Under the pieces are notes generated by a model. It was not told where the DNA came from. It made no database searches and saw nothing but the letters and a program-made list of their open reading frames with translations. Below are positions 45,673 to 52,764 of a stretch of DNA of 58,173 nt, one piece after another. Position numbers and translations under genes: made by a program. Source of the stretch: a virus (lineage: Duplodnaviria; Caudoviricetes); the IMG/VR virus record IMGVR_UViG_3300025141_000105, positions 1 to 58,173 of that record. One strand, 5' to 3'. Numbering within the stretch: position 1 is the stretch's first letter; the number at the start of each line of letters is the position of its first letter.

Positions 45673-46140
45673 TTAAGTAGTAGCTACCATTATTTCTAAT
45701 TGTTGTTGTGCCACCCCAACAACTTTAATAGTGTCTGCATTTGCAAAAGAACTAAATGTAGCTCCGATCTCTAATTGAGTTCCTGTAAACATCATAGATG
45801 TGTTTGCAGCTAAAGATTGGAAGGCGCCGCTACTATCTCCTATTAAACCTACTTTAAGTACCGCTGAGTCGTCTAAATTTGTTATTCTAATATATTTAAC
45901 ATCACCTCTTTTAAACTGACCTCCCGCGTTTAAGCTATCATCAAAAGTCAAGACCGTAGTTAATGCTGTGCTTTCTAGCTCTACAATTCTTTTAGACGCA
46001 TTTAATATTGATGTATTTATTATATGATTATTAGTTTGTGAAAAAGTAACATCATCAGTTGTACCAGTAGCGTCAGTACTAAGAGCTAATGTTTCTGTTA
46101 TTGTAACAGTTAATGTGGATACATTTATAGTTGTTGCCAT
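45673..46140 (-). CDS. Putative virion structural protein (related to family A)
   Basis: LTVTITE.L, VKYIRITNLDD. Confidence 0.6.
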   Translation of the reverse strand: MATTINVSTLTVTITETLALSTDATGTTDDVTFSQTNNHIINTSILNASKRIVELESTALTTVLTFDDSLNAGGQFKRGDVKYIRITNLDDSAVLKVGLIGDSSGAFQSLAANTSMMFTGTQLEIGATFSSFANADTIKVVGVAQQQLEIMVATT

Positions 46141-46145
46141 TATTA

Positions 46146-46541
46146 TTAATCTTTATAATTTATTATTTTTTTTGACCACCCTAAAGGTAGTATTTTACAG
46201 TTTCTATATTTTGTAGGTCTCACCCAGACTAATTTTTTATAAAAATCATCTAGGATAGGTATTCTATTATAAACTGTTTCTCCTGCTTCTTTTGTGGCCT
46301 CATTATCCACCCTTATATGAAATGCTCTTTTATGAGGTTTTTCATCTAAATAAACATAACCCATTTTATTAGGCAAAGAAACCATTCTATCTCTTGCTAC
46401 AACATCTCTAATTAATATCTCAAAAAATCTTTTTATTATATTGTAATATAAACTATAATCAATAGATTTATAAAGCATGATCTTTACGTTCTTATAAAGC
46501 CCTTTAGAGAACGTGTATTTATCTTTGTACTTGTGGCCCAC
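46146..46541 (-). CDS. IHF-like protein of the crAss-like tail module
   Basis: Y..IIK.F...L...V......LP.KMG pattern; position matches the IHF-like gene of crAss-like tail operons. Confidence 0.55.
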   Translation of the reverse strand: MGHKYKDKYTFSKGLYKNVKIMLYKSIDYSLYYNIIKRFFEILIRDVVARDRMVSLPNKMGYVYLDEKPHKRAFHIRVDNEATKEAGETVYNRIPILDDFYKKLVWVRPTKYRNCKILPLGWSKKIINYKD

Positions 46542-47592
46542 GAACTTTCTGTTTTATGTTGTCATCTAAACCGTCTGTTACTACATCTGGTATTGTTTTT
46601 AATTCTGTTTGCATTTCTACTTGTATAACTCTTTGTATTAAATCACTTACATATTCCATAGGAATAGGGTAGGGAATTGTGGCGTCATCCCATTTCGTTT
46701 CAGTTTCGTACCAGAAACCATACATCATATCAATCTCTGTAGGGTTTTCTAGTATCATAGTTGCACCCCCTCTATACTTCCAAAATACTTTTTTAGCAAC
46801 TGGTGTGCTTAATCCTCCATGATAATTAGGAGATACCTGTAGCTGCCTAAGAGATATATAATTCCCATTAGCATTATTATCTCTATCTATTTTTGCTGTT
46901 TCTTGTATGTAGTAAGGCTTATTATTGTCTGTAAATTTATTAAATTCATCAAAATCACCGTATTCTTTCCTGTGTAATTTTATTCCTTTTTTTGCATAAG
47001 ATCCTAATTGCTCATTAGCATCAGGTGTTCCAGGATCATCAGGAAAATGAACATATCTACTAACAGATACATCTACAATACCTGCGTCATTTTTTAATTG
47101 AAGTGGTCTTGGTGTCCAAAAGGTATGTGTTCCAAAGTTTCTAAAATCACCTCTAACTTGAGAAGAAGATATTTCTTCTCCATAAGCACTTCTTTGTTGA
47201 CTATCAACCCAGCCATTTTCTCCTTGTGTTAAAGATGAATTTAATAACCACTCTCCATTTAATCTATCTCCAGTACTATTTTTAGGCATATTTGATAAAA
47301 ACGCTCCAGTTACTGTTGGAGCTGATAAAGAATCGTCTATATCTTTAGCATCCCATGCGTCATAAAAATCTTTAAGAGTACTAGATGTTGAATTTCTAGC
47401 CGTTATAGCCATCTTCTGATATAATGCTTGATTATTTGTAATACCTTTATCAATATTATCAGCAATAAGTTTAGCCCTATGATAGTGTATCCAATGTTTT
47501 ATTTGCCGTAAGCTAATACTATTTTCTGTGGAAGTACTACCTCCATACGCAAGGTTTTTAATATTATAAGCTATTTCGTTTAATGTAATCAT
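46519..47592 (-). CDS. Tail ring/adaptor protein
   Basis: TLNEIAYNI, SLRQIKHWI...RA.LI, ILENPT, YPIP pattern of crAss-like ring proteins. Confidence 0.7.
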   Translation of the reverse strand: MITLNEIAYNIKNLAYGGSTSTENSISLRQIKHWIHYHRAKLIADNIDKGITNNQALYQKMAITARNSTSSTLKDFYDAWDAKDIDDSLSAPTVTGAFLSNMPKNSTGDRLNGEWLLNSSLTQGENGWVDSQQRSAYGEEISSSQVRGDFRNFGTHTFWTPRPLQLKNDAGIVDVSVSRYVHFPDDPGTPDANEQLGSYAKKGIKLHRKEYGDFDEFNKFTDNNKPYYIQETAKIDRDNNANGNYISLRQLQVSPNYHGGLSTPVAKKVFWKYRGGATMILENPTEIDMMYGFWYETETKWDDATIPYPIPMEYVSDLIQRVIQVEMQTELKTIPDVVTDGLDDNIKQKVRGPQVQR

Positions 47593-47613
47593 TAGGCGTA
47601 GTTTAGGTGTTTA

Positions 47614-47621
47614 CAAAATTA
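47614..47621 (-). promoter_or_regulatory. Bacteroidota-type -7 promoter element (TAATTTTG)
   Basis: TAnnTTTG between a terminator and ATG 47592. Confidence 0.55.
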
Positions 47622-47635
47622 GTTAAATTTTCTTT

Positions 47636-47684
47636 ATAAAACAAAAATAGGCCTTAACTATTTCTAGTCGCAACCTATTCTTGC
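47636..47684 (-). terminator. Terminator-like hairpin
   Basis: Minus strand CAAGAATAGGT-tgc-GACTA-gaaa-TAGTT-aag-GCCTATTTTTG-TTTT. Confidence 0.6.
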
Positions 47685-47717
47685 AGCAGGGAGCAAAAGA
47701 ACTCTCTTTAAATACTT

Positions 47718-48551
47718 TTAATTTGATGGAGGAGTCATTAACCCTACATCAGTTTGTGTCATTCTTTTTACAGCTATTTGTACTATTTGTTTTTGATAAT
47801 GTTCTGCAAAGGTTCTACTCTCTGGAGCTGTTGATTCTTGATATGTGCCTTCAGAAAATGCCTGTTCCACCGTAGGTAATGTTATCACTTGCATGTTTAT
47901 ATATCTAATACTTTTATGCTCGCCCTTAAAATTTATTCTATTTTCTATATACTGCCAATATGGAGCATCTTCTCCAGGTTTATTAAAAGGATCATTAGAG
48001 TAGTCGTCTTCATAAAAACCTCTAGTTGATTTGTTTTTAGAAGAAACAGTAGGACTAAAAATTATATCATCTTCTGTAACGCCTGAATAGGCTAATCCTG
48101 TATTAGGATCTATAACCTCATCTTTGTTATAATAACTTATTCCCACAGCTAAGACATATAAATGTTGTTTTGGTAATACATATTGATTTCCATATAGGAA
48201 ATATCCTCTCTCATCGTTTGTACTAGCAGCATATGTTGTATTAGCTAGATCGTTGGGATCAGCAGGTATTCCTTCATCTGTGTATTTTGAACTTAATGCT
48301 GGATAACTATTACCATAAATATAATTACCAGAAATTATTTCTGCTGCAGTAAGCCAAAAACTTTGCCAATCAATACACCCAGCCAGCGCTCTTCTAGAAT
48401 CTTCATCAGCTGTCATCTTTTGATAATGCATATTAATGAAGTCAGATATAGCTAGATTTAGAAACTTATTCTTTTCCTCTTCTATAAAATAAGGTTGATC
48501 TGCTTTATCTAAAAGTATATCTATGTATTCGTGAGCTTCAACTAAATTCAT
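47718..48551 (-). CDS. Tail ring/adaptor protein
   Basis: LLDK....YF..EE...FLN.A; EH....IV.IAV pattern. Confidence 0.7.
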   Translation of the reverse strand: MNLVEAHEYIDILLDKADQPYFIEEEKNKFLNLAISDFINMHYQKMTADEDSRRALAGCIDWQSFWLTAAEIISGNYIYGNSYPALSSKYTDEGIPADPNDLANTTYAASTNDERGYFLYGNQYVLPKQHLYVLAVGISYYNKDEVIDPNTGLAYSGVTEDDIIFSPTVSSKNKSTRGFYEDDYSNDPFNKPGEDAPYWQYIENRINFKGEHKSIRYINMQVITLPTVEQAFSEGTYQESTAPESRTFAEHYQKQIVQIAVKRMTQTDVGLMTPPSN

Positions 48552-48557
48552 TTAGTA

Positions 48558-49319
48558 TTATTGTTTTTGACCTTTTTTAAACCAACCCTTTTTAGCATCA
48601 ACTGCTTTCTCTAATTTAGAAACTCCTGGGCTAGATACCATATCTTCAGTGGATACTTTTATTTCAGCCTTCTTGTTTACAAAATTACCTCTTACTTGAT
48701 TCTTCATTACAGCATAAACTTCTGGATTATCTTTTAACCATGCTATTGCGTGCTCATCAGAAATACCTAATGTATAGTTACCGTGCTTCCATACGTCATT
48801 TACTTTTTGAATTACTTTCTTTTCTAAAGCTTTCTTTAAAAATATACGATAAGACTTGTCTGCATCTTTATATATTTCTAAGAATTTATCAGGAGCTTGC
48901 CCTGCTATTTGAATAAGTTTTGCTCTTATAATTGCATTATCAAAACCATTTCCAATACCAAATAACTTAGTAAGATCAGATAATTCATTATCTTTAATTG
49001 CTGTTGCCACTTGTACGGCTTCAGCTGATTTTAAAATAGTACTAGCCTGCTTTTCAATTCTTGACTTAGTGTCTATTAAATTATAATGCTTGTCTGCGGT
49101 AATAAAAGGATGATCTAATAAAAAATCATAAATTCTTCTATCATACTCATTATCTATATCTAATGTAGTATGAGCGTCATGCATTTCCCATCCGTCTACT
49201 GGTAGATCGTCTGGATTTAATAATACTGATTTTTTACCATTTCTTTGCGTGTAAGGTCCGAATTTTACATAAGCGAACCTTTTTGGATCTTTTGCTTGTA
49301 CATAAACTAAATGTGCCAT
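48558..49319 (-). CDS. Conserved crAss-like capsid-module protein (gene following MCP)
   Basis: L...A...P.KFL...D....RIF.KKALEK.VI.K...LG.S...AIAWLK. Confidence 0.65.
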   Translation of the reverse strand: MAHLVYVQAKDPKRFAYVKFGPYTQRNGKKSVLLNPDDLPVDGWEMHDAHTTLDIDNEYDRRIYDFLLDHPFITADKHYNLIDTKSRIEKQASTILKSAEAVQVATAIKDNELSDLTKLFGIGNGFDNAIIRAKLIQIAGQAPDKFLEIYKDADKSYRIFLKKALEKKVIQKVNDVWKHGNYTLGISDEHAIAWLKDNPEVYAVMKNQVRGNFVNKKAEIKVSTEDMVSSPGVSKLEKAVDAKKGWFKKGQKQ

Positions 49320-49349
49320 TTTTTATTTGTTTTTAATTAATATTCCCTG

Positions 49350-49541
49350 TTATTTCTCTACATATAAACGTCTTCTGCCTTGTTCATCTGTAGCGATTCT
49401 TTTTTCTTTTATATTTTTACTTTTACCCCACTTTAACCCACTAGCTTTATTTATATAAAAAGCTTTGTTTGTCGTAGGCTTTAAATCTTTTTCTTTTAAC
49501 TCTACAACCTTTCCATCTCTTACTACCAGTCTTGTCTTCAT
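49350..49541 (-). CDS. Small basic hypothetical protein, near-leaderless
   Basis: 63 aa; ATG 4 nt after TATATTTG. Confidence 0.6.
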   Translation of the reverse strand: MKTRLVVRDGKVVELKEKDLKPTTNKAFYINKASGLKWGKSKNIKEKRIATDEQGRRRLYVEK

Positions 49542-49545
49542 CTTG

Positions 49546-49553
49546 CAAATATA
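49546..49553 (-). promoter_or_regulatory. Bacteroidota-type -7 promoter element (TATATTTG), near-leaderless
   Basis: Minus strand TATATTTG-CAAG-ATG(49541). Confidence 0.65.
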
Positions 49554-49554
49554 A

Positions 49555-49588
49555 GGAATTTGGAGGGGATTAAGCCCCTCCGTCTTCC
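49555..49588 (-). terminator. GC-rich hairpin after the decoration gene
   Basis: GGAA-gac-GGAGGGG-cttaat-CCCCTCC-aaa-TTCC; weak U tail. Confidence 0.45.
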
Positions 49589-49600
49589 AATAATTAATTT

Positions 49601-50059
49601 CTATCCAAATACTACGTCAGCAGCAGAACCACATGCTCCTTCAACATACCAATTTGTTCCATCACAAGATAGGCTTACCCAATCTCCAGCAGAATATCCA
49701 CCACTTGTGTCAAAAATAATTTTCGTATCAGAACCTGTAGCTATATCTGCTCCATCATCAACTCCACCTGGTAGTATAAAACCTTTAAAATCTTCATCAG
49801 ATGCAGCTTGAACAATATCTACAGTAGCGGTTGCATCTGCTGCTATAAATTTAAAATTCAATCCTGCTTTTGCAGAAGGTAATGTTACATCAAACGTACC
49901 TCCTGAGCTATCTAAAAAATAAGTAGTACCACTATTATAATCATAAAGTGTCGTGCCTTCTGTTAATGTACTTGTAGGATTAATTTGACCTCTTAGCTTA
50001 GGCAATCTTCCTTGCCCAGCTTCTGAGGATTTTCCTGAAATATCTAAATAATTTGCCAT
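49601..50059 (-). CDS. Putative capsid decoration/head fibre protein
   Basis: SGTTYFLD....VTLP.AKAGLNFKFI...GDWV.L.CDGTNWYV.G; directly after MCP. Confidence 0.65.
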   Translation of the reverse strand: MANYLDISGKSSEAGQGRLPKLRGQINPTSTLTEGTTLYDYNSGTTYFLDSSGGTFDVTLPSAKAGLNFKFIAADATATVDIVQAASDEDFKGFILPGGVDDGADIATGSDTKIIFDTSGGYSAGDWVSLSCDGTNWYVEGACGSAADVVFG

Positions 50060-50085
50060 TTTTTTTATTTTTTTTAGGCGATATT

Positions 50086-50105
50086 GGGAGGCCGAAGCCC
50101 CCCTC
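50086..50105 (-). terminator. Hairpin with cUUCGg loop after the major capsid gene
   Basis: Minus strand GGGGGGC-TTCG-GCCTCCC; no clear U tract, so possibly an attenuator or stabiliser. Confidence 0.5.
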
Positions 50106-50124
50106 TATCAAATTATTAACTTAA

Positions 50125-51612
50125 TTATGATGCAGATAAGATACCGCAAGAAAATGGATTTCTTACAACAATACCTGACTCAGATAATACGTGACATTGG
50201 AATCTATCATCACCATTAGCAGCTAACATACTTTTAGTATCGTAAGGGTTTACCATACCTCCAATATATTTCTTAACTAATGAACGATTAATTCCAGCAG
50301 CACCTTTAGTGATTAATTCTACATTAGAAACACCATTAGTTGTTCCGAAGTCCATGAATACCATCTTCATAGATTCTTTCAATCTATTGTCTCCAAATGA
50401 ATTAGTCCCACCAGCAGCAGAATGTAAATTTGGATCATCAAATACTGGACAGTAAGCAATAGTAATTTTATTACCTAATGCATGGTAAGATGTGAAGTTT
50501 CCACCTAAAGATACATCAGAACCAGCTTTGATGTCTTTCATAGAGCCTCCAGTCATAGCACCAGAAGGAGCAACGATAAGGTCTTTCATAGCTTTATGAA
50601 AAGCAATACGTCCTTCAGTTCCAGTAAATACAACCCACTCATTACCTTCAGCACCTTGAGCATTTAAAGAGATCTTACCAATAAACTCAGTAATGATATC
50701 TTCAGTTAATGTTCCAGCAGAGTAAGAAGCTTGATTAGATGAACTAATTTGAGCTAATACACCATCACCTACAGTATGCTCACCAGATCCACCAGCAATA
50801 GCTGCTCTTGCAGTATTATCAGCATATGCATAAGCAGCAGCATCAATATCTCCAAGAATATCAGTGTTTGTAGCAGCATATGAAGTTGCAGCTGAATTTA
50901 CAGAATTAGTTCCATACCATCTTTGTAATTCTTGTTCATACATGAATAGATCCATCATTTGTTGCTCTTTAGTAAAGTACCAAAGTGATTGACCATTATT
51001 TTCAATCCAAGAAACATCAGTGGCGTCTTTACCAGTGATTGTACATTTTTTTCTATGTATAGTCATCCAGTTTTTATAAGTGTCTGGGTAAGCCCAGTTT
51101 TCACCTACTTCACCTCCTGTTGATCCAGAAGGGAATGCTGTACCAATTCTTCCTATTACATCTCCAGAAGCAACTCCACTAGCAATAGCATCAATCATTT
51201 CAACTGTGTATACACCACTTCCATCATCAGTCAAAATAATACCAGTAGCACCATTTTGAAATAAAAGGATATCATGTACATTAAAATGAGAAGTTGTTAG
51301 CGCAGAACCTCCAGATGTAGCAGAGAATTTTACAGCAGTTTTTGTATCTCCAGCAGAAGCAGTATAACTATTCATATTCTGTAGATACAATTTTTTACTT
51401 AAACGGTTCATTACTTTCCATTCGTAAGAACTGTCTCCTAGAACTTTTTCAGCAGCATGTCTTCTAGTTTTTTCTAAAAGATATGTCATAGAATATCGTG
51501 GGTAAAGCGATATCATAGTTCTAGATATTTCTGGGTGTTGTAACAACGCTGTATTTAATGCATTTGCAGCTGTTGTGTCTTTCCCATACGTACCCGTATA
51601 AATACTTGGCAT
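50125..51612 (-). CDS. Major capsid protein (crAss-like, HK97 fold)
   Basis: 495 aa; YEWKV, NWMTIHRK...ITG, VFTGTEG...F, G..F..Y...GN.IT....P.FDD; portal-scaffold-MCP synteny. Confidence 0.85.
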   Translation of the reverse strand: MPSIYTGTYGKDTTAANALNTALLQHPEISRTMISLYPRYSMTYLLEKTRRHAAEKVLGDSSYEWKVMNRLSKKLYLQNMNSYTASAGDTKTAVKFSATSGGSALTTSHFNVHDILLFQNGATGIILTDDGSGVYTVEMIDAIASGVASGDVIGRIGTAFPSGSTGGEVGENWAYPDTYKNWMTIHRKKCTITGKDATDVSWIENNGQSLWYFTKEQQMMDLFMYEQELQRWYGTNSVNSAATSYAATNTDILGDIDAAAYAYADNTARAAIAGGSGEHTVGDGVLAQISSSNQASYSAGTLTEDIITEFIGKISLNAQGAEGNEWVVFTGTEGRIAFHKAMKDLIVAPSGAMTGGSMKDIKAGSDVSLGGNFTSYHALGNKITIAYCPVFDDPNLHSAAGGTNSFGDNRLKESMKMVFMDFGTTNGVSNVELITKGAAGINRSLVKKYIGGMVNPYDTKSMLAANGDDRFQCHVLSESGIVVRNPFSCGILSAS

Positions 51613-51700
51613 TTTTTAATTTTTTTTTATTAATTAAACATTTTACATATTTGTCCAATTAACTTTCAACTATGAGCAGACTTTGTCTTGCTTTTTAAGT

Positions 51701-52711
51701 TTACTCGCTCATGAACGCTTTTGGATCAAACTTACCTGACTTTATTTTGTAATCAGATTTGCTTTTTCCAGTGTTAAGGTTTGGAGAAACTATACTATCC
51801 ATGATAGTGGCTTTGCCGTCTTCCAATCCTTGAGAACGAAGAATTTTTTCTATTTGCTTACGATATAACATAAACATAGCAACATCAGCAACATTGGCGT
51901 GATCTTCATATATGTCTTTCATCATATCAGTAGTAGCATAACGATATACTTCTTCTTTCTGTTTCTTTGTTACTTTTCCTCCCATAAATTCTCCCATGCC
52001 TTTGATTTGCTTTTTCAAGCCACTCTTAGCATTCTTTATGTCTTCCTGTTGTTTCTTTGCTGCTTGTGTTTGAGATTGTTGAGCTTGTGCAGTTTGTTGA
52101 TCAATAGCATTGCCTATTACTCTTCTAACACTTTTAGCTTTCATCTTCATCATTCCAGAATCCTCTAACTTATCTAAAGAGTCTTCTATATCAGCAGCCT
52201 CTATTCCATCAGCTTTTAATTCCTCAGCAACTAAATCTCTATCACTTAAAGCTAAATAATTTCTTAACTCAGTTATCTGACTATTAGGAGCTGGTTGTTG
52301 TTTTTGTAGTTGTTCGGCATAAGAATTTAATGTTTGTAAAAACTCTTCTTTAGAATTTACATTTAATCCTATCTCTTTACCAACTTGCGACCAACTTAAA
52401 CCCGTCTCATTAGTATCTTCAGTTTCTTCTGTCTTTTCTGAATCCCAATCATCATCTTCATCTTCTTCGGCAGTCTCTTCCTCTTCTTCTGCTTTATCCC
52501 ATCCCCATCCATCTGCTTGTTCTTGTTCTTCTTCTTTTTCAGACTTAACCTCTTCTTCTGTATCTTCAGTTTTGTCTTCAGCTCCTAGCTCTCCATAATT
52601 ATCATTTGTAAAAGCTAGAGGATTAAATTCATCCTTAATCCCTGTTTCTTCTGTAGTGGTTTCTGTTGTTTCAGCTACTTCATCTACTAATTTTGACTCT
52701 TCTTTTGCCAT
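51701..52711 (-). CDS. Putative scaffolding protein
   Basis: Highly acidic N-terminus with helical C-terminus; located between portal and MCP. Confidence 0.7.
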   Translation of the reverse strand: MAKEESKLVDEVAETTETTTEETGIKDEFNPLAFTNDNYGELGAEDKTEDTEEEVKSEKEEEQEQADGWGWDKAEEEEETAEEDEDDDWDSEKTEETEDTNETGLSWSQVGKEIGLNVNSKEEFLQTLNSYAEQLQKQQPAPNSQITELRNYLALSDRDLVAEELKADGIEAADIEDSLDKLEDSGMMKMKAKSVRRVIGNAIDQQTAQAQQSQTQAAKKQQEDIKNAKSGLKKQIKGMGEFMGGKVTKKQKEEVYRYATTDMMKDIYEDHANVADVAMFMLYRKQIEKILRSQGLEDGKATIMDSIVSPNLNTGKSKSDYKIKSGKFDPKAFMSE

Positions 52712-52745
52712 TTTATTTAATTTAAATTAATACTCCCTAAGTTTG

Positions 52746-52753
52746 CAAATATA
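52746..52753 (-). promoter_or_regulatory. Bacteroidota-type -7 promoter element (TATATTTG) for scaffold/MCP
   Basis: Intergenic TAnnTTTG upstream of 52711. Confidence 0.6.
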
Positions 52754-52764
52754 CAAATAATTTA

